The notes under the pieces: model-generated | The model's input: only the letters and a program-made list of their open reading frames with translations | Told to the model about the DNA's origin: nothing | Database searches by the model: none | Shown: positions 35,298 through 44,982 of the stretch, one piece after another | How the letters are laid out: the number at the start of each line of letters is the position of its first letter | How positions within the stretch are numbered: the first letter of the stretch is position 1 | Virus record (IMG/VR): IMGVR_UViG_3300042515_001753 | Coordinates: 169,887-233,886 of that record | DNA length: 64,000 bases | Direction: 5' to 3' (one strand) | Program-made: the position numbers and the translations under genes

Positions 35298-37390
35298 TCA
35301 ATAACTTGTTTTACTTCACCTTGGAATAAAGTTCTAAATCCAAATACTGGTTTTAATTTCGCTCCAGAACCAGTTTTACTTATCACTCTAATAATTGGCA
35401 AATCTGTAATATCAGTAATATTTATCGGAGTAATGCTAATGATCGATCCATTATCAATCACAACATCATATTCATTTCCAAAGTTGTCAGTTACAGTATC
35501 TCCGTCTTGATAATTATATCCAGGATTTTGAATTAAAACTTCAGAAATTGTGATGTTCTGTTGGTCCGTGAGTGTAATACCATCTCCAGCACCTCCAGTA
35601 CCACCAGCACCAGCAATATCACCTCCAGTACCACCAGCACCCCCAGTACCTGTACCAGTAATATCACCAACTTGTGGTTGATTTCCTAATGTATAACCTT
35701 CACCATCAGAATTGATTAAAATTGCGGTAACCTGCCCGTTCTCAATAACTGATTGAGCCACAGCACCATATCCTTTTCCACAATTATCAGTAATTGATAC
35801 AAATGGCGGATAGGCATAACCAGAACCTCCTGATGTAAGAATTGCACCAATAATACTTCCAGTACCTTCACTAATCGATCCAAAGATTGGAAGTGCCGAT
35901 GCTCCAGAACCACCGCCACCAAAAATATTAATAGATGGAGGATTACATACGGTTGGCGCTCCACCAAAACAATTACTCAATCCACCACCAATAAAGTCAG
36001 GGTCACTAATTTCTGGATTTAAGAAATCAAGAGGTCCTATAATACCTTCAATACCAGATAATCCAGATTCTGGGTCAGAAACAATAGCATTAGCATTATT
36101 TGCCAGTTCTAAAATATCATCTATATCAAATGGTGGGGATTGTGTTGGTCCAGAACCAATCGTCCATTTCTCAACACCCGGATCAGTTTCTTCTTCTCCG
36201 CAATTGAGTGATAATGGAATACCAAGAAGACCTTCTGCATTTTGTCGTATACTGCGTCCAAGATTAAAATTGCTAAAACTTAAGAGTAAAGAAAGAACTC
36301 CAAGAACTCCAGACATTCCTGCTATAATTAAATCAATAATTCCGTTGAGTAGTCCTCCGAGAAATTGATCGATAACACAAGACACAACATTCGTAACATT
36401 TTCTAATAACGCACAAACCATATCACTTATAAGACCTCCAAGACTTTCTATAATACTTGAAATCAAACAAGGAATTAGTTTTTGTAATTGTTTTACGGGT
36501 TCAATTGTTGCTTTCTGTGCTTCTACGCCTGCCAAATGTGCCGTGGATTTACTTTGAGTTGCCGCCTTTGTTGCGGAGTTTACCGTATCATATACTTGTT
36601 CTGCACCTTGCTGCAAAACCGGTTGCAATTCTTCGTAAGTACTATTAACAACTCCGGAAACTATTTCTGTGGTAATTCCTTGTATTTTTTGAGAGATTTG
36701 TTCGCACAATTCCTCAACTTTAATATCAATCCATTCTTGTGCCAGATTTGGAAATGATTTTAAGTCCTGCAGATACTTAATCGCATTTTCAAGTTCTGTG
36801 GAAATTTTTTCCATTTTTGACCCAGGTTTTGCAGTCCCGAGTTGAAGTGTGTCTCCAGTTCCACTAAACCAGGCAAGTTCGTTAATACCATTTGCGGTTT
36901 GTGGTGGTAGATAATATGGAGACTTTTGTGCTTCTGTTGTCTGTTCGTTTTGTTCGTTTTTCTTTATCCGGGAACCATCATTTGTAATTCGTGTGGTGTA
37001 TCCAGTAAATGGTATAAACGGGCTAACATAATCTTCACTTGGAACCTGACTTGTTTTTCCAAAACACCCAGAGATAACAGGGATTTGAGCGTTATCACCA
37101 TCCAGAAAAAATCCAAATACAATATCACTCGGTCTTACTTTATGGCTTGTTGCGTAGTTTGATGACCCGGTTCCATCTGATGTAGATAGAAGAACTTGAG
37201 CCCAAGGAAGGTCTTCATTTGGTAGTTCTGCGACACTATAAGGATGATATCCCATAATGCGAACTTTAAGTCTATTTCCCCATCCATCTTTATTGAGTTG
37301 CTTCTGAACTTCTTCCGGCGCAACCTGCCCTATCCACCAACGGAATCCGTCTCTTCCCAGAAAATTACTTTTGAGTAGTGATTCTTCCAT
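35285..37390 (-). CDS. gp5: Baseplate hub protein gp5 (N-terminal OB fold)
   Basis: GRDGFRWWIGQV ... RLKVRIMGYH ... DLPWAQV ... VFGFFLDGDNAQIPVISG matches the gp5 N-terminal domain. Confidence 0.8.
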   Translation of the reverse strand: MEESLLKSNFLGRDGFRWWIGQVAPEEVQKQLNKDGWGNRLKVRIMGYHPYSVAELPNEDLPWAQVLLSTSDGTGSSNYATSHKVRPSDIVFGFFLDGDNAQIPVISGCFGKTSQVPSEDYVSPFIPFTGYTTRITNDGSRIKKNEQNEQTTEAQKSPYYLPPQTANGINELAWFSGTGDTLQLGTAKPGSKMEKISTELENAIKYLQDLKSFPNLAQEWIDIKVEELCEQISQKIQGITTEIVSGVVNSTYEELQPVLQQGAEQVYDTVNSATKAATQSKSTAHLAGVEAQKATIEPVKQLQKLIPCLISSIIESLGGLISDMVCALLENVTNVVSCVIDQFLGGLLNGIIDLIIAGMSGVLGVLSLLLSFSNFNLGRSIRQNAEGLLGIPLSLNCGEEETDPGVEKWTIGSGPTQSPPFDIDDILELANNANAIVSDPESGLSGIEGIIGPLDFLNPEISDPDFIGGGLSNCFGGAPTVCNPPSINIFGGGGSGASALPIFGSISEGTGSIIGAILTSGGSGYAYPPFVSITDNCGKGYGAVAQSVIENGQVTAILINSDGEGYTLGNQPQVGDITGTGTGGAGGTGGDIAGAGGTGGAGDGITLTDQQNITISEVLIQNPGYNYQDGDTVTDNFGNEYDVVIDNGSIISITPINITDITDLPIIRVISKTGSGAKLKPVFGFRTLFQGEVKQVIDCVV

Positions 37391-38773
37391 TTATGATTGT
37401 CCGGTGTTCGTTCCGTAATTGCCAAATGTATCTCTAATTAATGTCATAGAAGTATATGAACCTTCTGTATCAAAATGATGACATAATTCTTTTATCATAT
37501 ATAGACCACTTTGTTCGTCGTCATATGTTGCACCATCTTCTCTGGAAATTTTAGGAAACTTACAGGTTATGATATCACCAGCTCTTAAATTAGTGTTTGA
37601 GGGTACGGTCATACTCAAAGTTTGAGTAAAGAGTATGTTGTATCTCATAATCGCCTGAGATTGATACTTAAGTGGGTCAGAGTTTCCTTCCGTTGAAACT
37701 CCAACCTCCACAGTACCAATGTCCAAAACCTGAGTTAAAATTCTTGAGGGTGAATCTCCAAGACTTACATTAGAACTACTTGAAATCTTCGGTAGTTGAA
37801 GTTCTTGCCCCAAATTATTCATACCACTCACATAATTACTTAACTTAAAGGTATTAAAAGTTCCTTTCTCTGGTGGTGTAAACTCAAAGGTTAGTGGATT
37901 ATAAAACATTCTATAACTGGAATATACACCCAATCGAAGTTTCTCAATTAGATTTTGATTTCTATTTGTGGTATATTGTAGAATATTGAAATCATTTTGT
38001 GTATTTCTTTCATTTCCGGACTGATTTACATCGGTATAGATATAAACAAATTCTTTATCATTAAAAGATTTTCTTGGAGGTTGTGAGATTAGGTTATCAA
38101 TTGACCTAAAGTTAAATCCATCTTGAGTTTGGTAGAATACACACCCTGCCGTTGCGTCTTTCTTTGAGGAATCAGGTACTCCTTTGGATGCCAACCATAC
38201 TAATACGGTAAAGGGTTTTCTTAGGTTACCAATAAATCCATATTTGTTCTGTGTCTTATCAATCTTATCAATCTTATCGGTTTTTAGATACTCTTTGATA
38301 ATGCTTTCTACAGAATCACTAATTGATTGACCGGGTGGAAACCTTTTTGGAACTCTTATGGTTTCATTCGTGATTGCTTCTCTTGAAACTAGATTGAGTT
38401 CAAAGAATTCTCGTTGAGATTCTGAAATAACATTTGTAATACTAGAAACATAAAGATAATCTTTCTCGTCCGTTGCAAAATCTAGTCCTGGATTTGTTCC
38501 AGAATTTCCGGCAATCTTTAGAGAAACTCTCTCACCACCTCTTAGAGGAAGACCATTATAAATTGACTGAAATTTTCCTGTGGCATTTCCTTCATTATCC
38601 TGTGCCTGAATAGAATCTCCGGTATTTCCTACCTGAATCTTTACGGTAATCGTGGGTGAGAAAATATCCTCATAGTAATCAATAGAAACCGTACCAGTTC
38701 TAATATCAACGGTCCTCTTCTGGTCGTTGGATTCAAGTATAAGTTCTTCGTAAATTGACTTTTTAATTGACAT
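37391..38773 (-). CDS. Baseplate hub protein (gp27/GpD-like)
   Basis: IDYYEDIFSPTIT ... FYQTQDGFNFRSIDNL ... VPSNTNLRAGDII ... SGLYMIKELCH; located next to gp5. Confidence 0.65.
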   Translation of the reverse strand: MSIKKSIYEELILESNDQKRTVDIRTGTVSIDYYEDIFSPTITVKIQVGNTGDSIQAQDNEGNATGKFQSIYNGLPLRGGERVSLKIAGNSGTNPGLDFATDEKDYLYVSSITNVISESQREFFELNLVSREAITNETIRVPKRFPPGQSISDSVESIIKEYLKTDKIDKIDKTQNKYGFIGNLRKPFTVLVWLASKGVPDSSKKDATAGCVFYQTQDGFNFRSIDNLISQPPRKSFNDKEFVYIYTDVNQSGNERNTQNDFNILQYTTNRNQNLIEKLRLGVYSSYRMFYNPLTFEFTPPEKGTFNTFKLSNYVSGMNNLGQELQLPKISSSSNVSLGDSPSRILTQVLDIGTVEVGVSTEGNSDPLKYQSQAIMRYNILFTQTLSMTVPSNTNLRAGDIITCKFPKISREDGATYDDEQSGLYMIKELCHHFDTEGSYTSMTLIRDTFGNYGTNTGQS

Positions 38774-40749
38774 TATGTGTATGCTAAGTCTAGTAAAAGT
38801 TTCTTTGTGATGAAACTATTTAACGGATTAATTATGATAGGAATCATCATCGCTCCTCCACCACCAATAGAACCTTGTGGTTGTGGTGCAGGAGGTTCTT
38901 CTTCTATTATAATAATACTAGGTCCTGCTGGTTGTTGTGCCAATTGTTGAGATGCTTGTCTTCTTTGTTGAGTTCCTGATGGTGTTATTTGTGCTTGTGT
39001 TGGGGTTGATATTTGTGTCGGTTGCCCTGAAAGTCCAGTAAGTTGTTTTCCGATTGAAAGAAGTCCTAGATATGGTCTTGGGTTTATAGAATCTCCACCT
39101 CCTGGTCTTACTTCAAAGTGAAGATGTATTCCTGTACTTCCCCCAGTACTTCCAATTTCACCAATTGTTGCTCCATTATAAGTCTGCCCTTGCTTTACAT
39201 ATACCTTTGCCAAGTGAGCGAAGCGATATATGGTATTTCCAGATTTAATATCAACATAATTTCCGTAACCTCCAGAATCAAAAGCAACAAGATTAACCTT
39301 ACCAGAAAGTTTTAATGCAACATAATATCCACGACCCGCTGGAGCTATATCAATTCCATGGTGCATTCTATATTTACCAGATGTGGGACTTAATCTCATT
39401 CCTCTTTCTGATGTAATTATTCCTGCTGCTCCTCCCGGTTTTCCTTTGAATTGGTCTATAACTGATGTTGTAACTGCTGGCGTTGTTTGGGTTGCTCTTG
39501 GTGTTGATGGTGCTTGCGGTGCTTGTTGAGTGGCACCACTTTTAACAGATTTAAGTTTTGATAATCTCTGGTCCCAAGTTCCTTTTGATGCATTTCCACC
39601 AGCATATCTATCGTTATAGGTAGAATTTGGACTTCCACCCAATCTTGCAGCATTTTTTGGACCTTGGGGAATAGCTCTCCAAGTTGGTGCTAATTTGCCA
39701 AGAAAATCTTCATCACTTAATTTGCCAGATTTCCAGGCATCGTATGAATGTGAAGTTTTTAAAAAGTGTAAAGTAATTTTATCTTGAACTTCGGGAGTGA
39801 ACTTTGTATTTGCATTAAATCCAGCTGCTTGTCCTCTTTCTAATAAGTATTCTGGCATATGTTGATATCTGCCGATAGCACCTTGAGCATTTTGTGCTAA
39901 CCACCCAATTGTTTTATCTGTTGCTCTCCCTTGAGTTTTTCCTCTTGATGTATTAAATCCACCATAAGGGTCACTCTGACTTGCTTCTCCATCTGCAATA
40001 AAATCCAAAACTTTTTTATCTACATTATCACCAGAAACTGCTCTACCACTAGAACTACCAGAAGGTTGCTCCTGCATACTTTCATTTTCATATTGAGTTC
40101 CAAAAGGTTGTGCGTCTTCTCCACTTACAACTCCTTCCCCAAGAGATGTTGTGAGTAACTTAAATCCTTCATCAAACTGACTTTGCATATCATCAAAAGT
40201 ACCACCCAAGTCCTTTAAGGCGCCATCAACTCTTCCCTTACTATCAGTAAAATCAAAAGTTAAAATATTTTTACCAACGGCACTTAGAAGTTTTCCAAAT
40301 CCTTTAAACAAATTCACGGTATTATTAAAAAATCCAGTTACAATAGTATAAAGTCTTTGTATTCTGGCAATCAATTCCTGTGCCATCGTAATAATTGATG
40401 GCAAATTGGTAAGTAACCAACCAACTAACAGAGTTCCTAAGAAGTCCATAATTCTTCCCAAGAATCCTTTAGTACTTGAAGCAACTGCCTTTGCCTGCCT
40501 CTTAAACACTCCACCAATACTTGATGCCTCTAAAAGGTCTTCTTTATTTTTTCTTCTTTCTTGTTCTTGTCTTCTTTGAGAAAGTATATAATTTCTTGCT
40601 ATTGATTCTCTTTTTACTTTTGTTTTTTTCAACATAACATCATTAAGATTTCCGGCATTCTTTCTAAGACCAGAAAATGAATTCTTTATTGACTTAATGC
40701 CAGAACGAATATTAAGAAGACTATTAGATGGTTTTACTGCTACTGCCAT
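38773..40749 (-). CDS. Tail-associated protein with lysozyme-like and M23 peptidase domains
   Basis: LDFIADGE...YG...AIGRYQ (lysozyme-like); MHHGIDI ... YRFAHL ... GSTGGSTGIHLHFEV (M23). Confidence 0.8.
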   Translation of the reverse strand: MAVAVKPSNSLLNIRSGIKSIKNSFSGLRKNAGNLNDVMLKKTKVKRESIARNYILSQRRQEQERRKNKEDLLEASSIGGVFKRQAKAVASSTKGFLGRIMDFLGTLLVGWLLTNLPSIITMAQELIARIQRLYTIVTGFFNNTVNLFKGFGKLLSAVGKNILTFDFTDSKGRVDGALKDLGGTFDDMQSQFDEGFKLLTTSLGEGVVSGEDAQPFGTQYENESMQEQPSGSSSGRAVSGDNVDKKVLDFIADGEASQSDPYGGFNTSRGKTQGRATDKTIGWLAQNAQGAIGRYQHMPEYLLERGQAAGFNANTKFTPEVQDKITLHFLKTSHSYDAWKSGKLSDEDFLGKLAPTWRAIPQGPKNAARLGGSPNSTYNDRYAGGNASKGTWDQRLSKLKSVKSGATQQAPQAPSTPRATQTTPAVTTSVIDQFKGKPGGAAGIITSERGMRLSPTSGKYRMHHGIDIAPAGRGYYVALKLSGKVNLVAFDSGGYGNYVDIKSGNTIYRFAHLAKVYVKQGQTYNGATIGEIGSTGGSTGIHLHFEVRPGGGDSINPRPYLGLLSIGKQLTGLSGQPTQISTPTQAQITPSGTQQRRQASQQLAQQPAGPSIIIIEEEPPAPQPQGSIGGGGAMMIPIIINPLNSFITKKLLLDLAYT

Positions 40750-40750
40750 C

Positions 40751-42448
40751 TTATGTCACCACATTATAATTTACTTGTGAATAAAGCACATAGAAATTAT
40801 CTGGATTTGATGCTGATATTGATGGAACTTGATTTACGGGTCCGCCAGTAGGAGCGGCACCCGACCTTTGTTGTGCAGAAGACCCAACTCTTCTGTAAAT
40901 TACATTTGGTGCTGGAGCAGGTGCAGGACCAACATTAACTTGAGCAGGAACTCCATTAGTTTGTGCCGGTAGTGGTCTTATATTTACTTGACTTGATTGA
41001 GATGAAACCTGATTACCTTCTTCTGGTGTTATATTAACTTCTCCGTATTGTGGTGCCTGAGTGAAATCAATTGAATTTGCCTGTGCCTTTAAATCACCCA
41101 TTTGCTGCTCAAATGGTTTATCACTTACAGTGGCGGCCACAGTAGTTGATGGTGGTTTTGTGGATGGTGGTATGACTTGACTTTGTGGTTTTGCCGCTGA
41201 TGTTTTTGCCGATGCAGAAGAAGTTGATGCTGGTGTTTGTGGTTTATTATCAGTTCCACCTGCTATTCTTGTTCCTTCAAGACCCAATCTTCCAAGAGTT
41301 CCTACCCAACCAACAGGTCCAGGAATAATTCCAATAGTATTTAAAGCACCTCCAAGAATATCTCCTTTAGAAAAATCATATAAAGCAGCAGCTCCAGAAA
41401 TAACCGATCCTACTCCAGGAACGAATCTTCCTCCAGTTTTTGCAGCTGCTTTAGCGGCAACTTTAGATGCATCATCTGCAGAAGATGCAGCAGCAGCAAC
41501 TCCTGCTCTGGTAGCGGGGGCAGCCGCTGCTGCTCCTGCTGCTGCTGGTGCCGCTGCTTTTGCTCCTGTTCCTGTTATTGCTGCTATTCCAGCCTTTGCA
41601 GTTGAAACTATTGCATTTCCGGCACCCTTTAGAAGACCTCCAAGTGCTCCAAAAAATCTACCTACAGTATTCTTAAGTAACCATCCACCAATTTTAAGAG
41701 ATAATCTTGCAATAGTTCCGGCAATTGCAAAAAATCCACCGTTCAATAAGAATAATGTTGCGGCACCAATTCCAAGAGCCTTTAGAACATTATCTCTGAT
41801 TTCTATTAATTTTTTACCATTATCTTCGGAAATTGCTCTAAGAGTTTCAATTCCTTGATTCGTCAACCATCCAAGTAATAATGTTCCAAAGAACTGTGAT
41901 AATCTACTTAGAATGGATTGTGTTTTCTGTGCGATTGCCTGAACCGGAGCAATTAATGCACTTTGTATTGCTTTTTCTAAAAGACTTTCTCTACCTACTC
42001 TTAGTCCTAATTCTGTTGCTCTTCTTTGCTCCTCGTTTTCTTGCTTTATACGATTTTGTTCTAAAACACTATCATTAGTAATTGCCTTTGTAACATTATT
42101 TAAAGAAGCATTAAAGCCAGTAACTTCACCTCTCAAACTTCCAACTAGTTCTTGTACTCCGTTTATCGTCTGTGTCTGAATGAATATTACTTTATTTAAA
42201 TTAGCAACTTCGGAACTTAAAGTATTGACCTGACCTTGTAAAGAAGTTATTGATGTGGATTGCGACTTTACAATTGATAAGGTCTCTGGGTCCGATTTCT
42301 TACTAATAGGAACAAGTGCTCCTCCACCACCAAAAATATTTGATGATACTTGACTTCTCTTGAATAGTGCCTTTCTTCTTTCCGCAGACAAATAGGACCC
42401 TGATATAGGATCTACCCCACTTTGAGCTACTTGTGCTAAATCAGCCAT
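40751..42448 (-). CDS. Tape-measure-like/baseplate hub protein
   Basis: Coiled-coil N-terminus, Ala/Gly-rich middle, Pro/Gln-rich tail, NPDNFY C-terminal motif. Confidence 0.55.
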   Translation of the reverse strand: MADLAQVAQSGVDPISGSYLSAERRKALFKRSQVSSNIFGGGGALVPISKKSDPETLSIVKSQSTSITSLQGQVNTLSSEVANLNKVIFIQTQTINGVQELVGSLRGEVTGFNASLNNVTKAITNDSVLEQNRIKQENEEQRRATELGLRVGRESLLEKAIQSALIAPVQAIAQKTQSILSRLSQFFGTLLLGWLTNQGIETLRAISEDNGKKLIEIRDNVLKALGIGAATLFLLNGGFFAIAGTIARLSLKIGGWLLKNTVGRFFGALGGLLKGAGNAIVSTAKAGIAAITGTGAKAAAPAAAGAAAAAPATRAGVAAAASSADDASKVAAKAAAKTGGRFVPGVGSVISGAAALYDFSKGDILGGALNTIGIIPGPVGWVGTLGRLGLEGTRIAGGTDNKPQTPASTSSASAKTSAAKPQSQVIPPSTKPPSTTVAATVSDKPFEQQMGDLKAQANSIDFTQAPQYGEVNITPEEGNQVSSQSSQVNIRPLPAQTNGVPAQVNVGPAPAPAPNVIYRRVGSSAQQRSGAAPTGGPVNQVPSISASNPDNFYVLYSQVNYNVVT

Positions 42449-42614
42449 TTGCTTGATTCTTTAGGTTTTCTTCTTCAATATAATTTTGTAAGAGAGTTAT
42501 ATAAATTTCCCTCTCCCAAGGCAACATATCTTCAAGTTCAGTCAAAGAGTATTTATGATGCTGCATCAGAGCAAAGTTTGTCTTGTAGTATGACGCAAGA
42601 TCAGTATGCGCCAT
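42441..42614 (-). CDS. gp51: Baseplate hub assembly catalyst gp51-like
   Basis: Not in the track. Hand translation MAHTDLASYYKTNFALMQHHKYSLTELEDMLPWEREIYITLLQNYIEEENLKNQANG*; directly downstream of gp26. Confidence 0.8.
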   Translation of the reverse strand: MAHTDLASYYKTNFALMQHHKYSLTELEDMLPWEREIYITLLQNYIEEENLKNQANG

Positions 42615-42616
42615 AC

Positions 42617-43336
42617 CTACACGAAAAAAGCCGACAGACCCTCCAATACAACTTCACTTTCTACACCAGTTTTTGGATTTTTAATCTTGATTGTATGAGA
42701 AAGTTTAGGCATAGTCTCAAAGAACTTTTCAACTTCTTTGAATTGTTTGGAACTTAATTGCTCTACAAATTCTAGTAGTTCTTTTTTAGTAGAATCACTT
42801 GCAGTCCAAGATTCTTCTTCCGAATAAATCTGTTCAATACAGGATATAATTAAATCAAAAGTATCATCAACACTTACACCATCGCCAGAATCAAAATTAT
42901 TCTTGATAAATTCAGTCATAGATGGATATCTCATTCTCAAAGTCAGAGTATCATCTAATCTAATATCACGAGAATGTTTTGGGTCAACTTCAACAGTAAT
43001 CTCATCCAAATTAATACTCATCGGAACCTGAGTTGTTTCATCATCAGGGCAAGTAATTAAAACATCTACAGTTTCCCCAACTGACTTACCTCTGATATTG
43101 AGGAACAAATATTCAATATCAAATGTGGATAAGTCTTCTACTTTAACACCTTTAGTTAAGATGCAATTTGAAATAACGTTCTTAACCGCATTTGCAATTT
43201 GCTTGGAATCTTCACTTTCCAAAGCAATAATCAGAATTTTTTCTTCTTTAACCAGAAAGGGTCTATATCTAATTTTCTTTTTTAATGATGGAATTTCCAA
43301 CTCATAAATTGGAGTTGCAATCTTTGGTAAAGGCAT
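42617..43336 (-). CDS. gp26: Baseplate hub subunit gp26
   Basis: MPLPKI.TP.YELEIPS.KKKIRYRPFLVKEEKILI ... FDIEYLFLNIRGKSVGE. Confidence 0.9.
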   Translation of the reverse strand: MPLPKIATPIYELEIPSLKKKIRYRPFLVKEEKILIIALESEDSKQIANAVKNVISNCILTKGVKVEDLSTFDIEYLFLNIRGKSVGETVDVLITCPDDETTQVPMSINLDEITVEVDPKHSRDIRLDDTLTLRMRYPSMTEFIKNNFDSGDGVSVDDTFDLIISCIEQIYSEEESWTASDSTKKELLEFVEQLSSKQFKEVEKFFETMPKLSHTIKIKNPKTGVESEVVLEGLSAFFV

Positions 43337-43374
43337 AATATCCTATAAAGTTCAGTTAAAATTATTTAGACGAC

Positions 43375-44145
43375 TTAGGCAACCCCAACAGGTCTTGGAT
43401 CATCTAGTCTACCGGTTCCAAGATTGAGGTTTCTATTAATCAACTCATCTCTTCCTGTTGCAAGTCTATTTTGTCTATTTACTTGATTTATGGTACTGTT
43501 GACGACAGTATTAGAAATTTTATTATTGTTGTTATTTCGTGTGAAGTCCAAACTTAATGTTCTGCCACAAACATATCTTTCATAATTAAATGTGGCACTC
43601 ATCTTGAGCGTGTCAGAACCATTATAGTTTACTGGTATGGAATTTAAAGAGAGTGGGAAAAGTCCAAAAAAGTTATATTCAATTTCTACATTATAATCTC
43701 GGTCAAATTTAATAATCTTAGTCATATCACTCTTATAATCTCTTGGATATCTCATTCTAAAGTAATATCCTTCTCTAGATGGATTCTCATTAGATCCGCT
43801 GGCAATAAACTCCATCCAGTGCTCTATGAATTTTAAAGTGGTATAATTACTATCAACATAAAACTCCAGACCAATTTCTGTAAAGATTCTGCGATGAGCA
43901 ACTCTTTCGTTTACTCCTGTATAATTATTGGTAATATCTGCGGTTGCTAATGTAGTTCCTGGTAGTGATGCCGAAAAACAAAGTAATCCAGCATCATTAG
44001 CAACAAATAACGGGTCAACTCCTCTTATCGCAAGATGTGATAAAAGTGGACCGGGCAAACCACCAAATATGACCTGAAAGTGTGAACTCTGAGCGAGATT
44101 CGTAAAGAGTGGTTTAAAATCTGATATTCTGCGGATACTAGGCAC
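43375..44145 (-). CDS. Tail-tube-fold protein (T4 gp54/gp19-like tube initiator)
   Basis: LCFSASLPG ... FYVD..Y..LKF.EHWMEFI ... FPLSLNSIPVNY ... F.YERY; GTG start. Confidence 0.7.
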   Translation of the reverse strand: MPSIRRISDFKPLFTNLAQSSHFQVIFGGLPGPLLSHLAIRGVDPLFVANDAGLLCFSASLPGTTLATADITNNYTGVNERVAHRRIFTEIGLEFYVDSNYTTLKFIEHWMEFIASGSNENPSREGYYFRMRYPRDYKSDMTKIIKFDRDYNVEIEYNFFGLFPLSLNSIPVNYNGSDTLKMSATFNYERYVCGRTLSLDFTRNNNNNKISNTVVNSTINQVNRQNRLATGRDELINRNLNLGTGRLDDPRPVGVA

Positions 44146-44146
44146 T

Positions 44147-44186
44147 CTAAATACCTTTTATGAGTCTTATTAGTATAAGTATTTAG
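44147..44186. promoter_or_regulatory. Pair of crossing late promoters (CTAAATA on each strand)
   Basis: CTAAATA at 44147-44153 (+) and TATTTAG at 44180-44186 (-) in the 41-bp gap between divergent genes. Confidence 0.6.
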
Positions 44187-44630
44187 ATGTCTTATAAAGG
44201 AAAATTTAAACCATCATTTCCAGAAAAGTATCTTGGTGACCCGACTAACATTATATACAGGTCTTTGTGGGAATTGAAGTTTCTGAAATATTGCGATACG
44301 AATGAAAATATTTTAGAATATGCCTCTGAAGAACTTGCCATTCCTTATCGTTCTTCTGTAGATGGCAAGGTTCATAGATATTTTCCGGATGCTTATATAA
44401 AGGTCAAAGAACCAGATGGAAGCACTAAAAAATATTTGATTGAGATTAAACCTTATAAGCAAACGATGCCACCACCCAAACCAAAAAGGCAGACCAAAGG
44501 ATATATCTATGAGGCATATGAGTATGCCAAGAATCAATCAAAATGGGAGGCAGCAAGAGAATATTGTAAGGACAGAGGATGGACCTTCAGAATTTTGACG
44601 GAAAATGAGCTTGGAATTGGTAAAAAATGA
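44187..44630 (+). CDS. gp4: Head completion nuclease gp4 (TnsA-like PD-(D/E)xK)
   Basis: YKGKFKP..PEKY.GDPTNIIYRSLWE ... HRYFPD ... LIEIKP. Confidence 0.9.
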   Translation: MSYKGKFKPSFPEKYLGDPTNIIYRSLWELKFLKYCDTNENILEYASEELAIPYRSSVDGKVHRYFPDAYIKVKEPDGSTKKYLIEIKPYKQTMPPPKPKRQTKGYIYEAYEYAKNQSKWEAAREYCKDRGWTFRILTENELGIGKK

Positions 44631-44974
44631 ATCGTATCAAACCCCTACTTAAAAACTTATACGGAACAGAAGATGCGGAGGATTTGATGTTAGAAATACT
44701 TGATGTATTGAAAGAAACCACAAGGTCTCCACAGGCAGGTAAGTTTTATACTTTTGTTTATAGACCAAAGACCCCTCGTGTAAGGTATGATGCAAATCCT
44801 TTTGTTGCCGTTACAAATGTTTATTCCTGGGGATTTAGTGGTATTAACTTTCACTGGGGAGAACAACGTCAATATACTCTTGAAGAAGTGATTGGACCTC
44901 TACATATTGTAGATAAAAATGAAGTAAGTGATTTGAGAAGAATACCTTTCGGACAAATCAAGATAAATAACTAA
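44627..44974 (+). CDS. gp2: DNA end protector gp2-like
   Basis: GKFYTFVY.PKTP..RYDANP ... GINFHW; located after gp4. Confidence 0.7.
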   Translation: MNRIKPLLKNLYGTEDAEDLMLEILDVLKETTRSPQAGKFYTFVYRPKTPRVRYDANPFVAVTNVYSWGFSGINFHWGEQRQYTLEEVIGPLHIVDKNEVSDLRRIPFGQIKINN

Positions 44975-44982
44975 AAAGATAA

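Noticed and set aside
42449-42757. 102-aa plus-strand ORF
   Set aside because: It overlaps the gp51-like and gp26 genes on the minus strand, which fit the conserved gene order.
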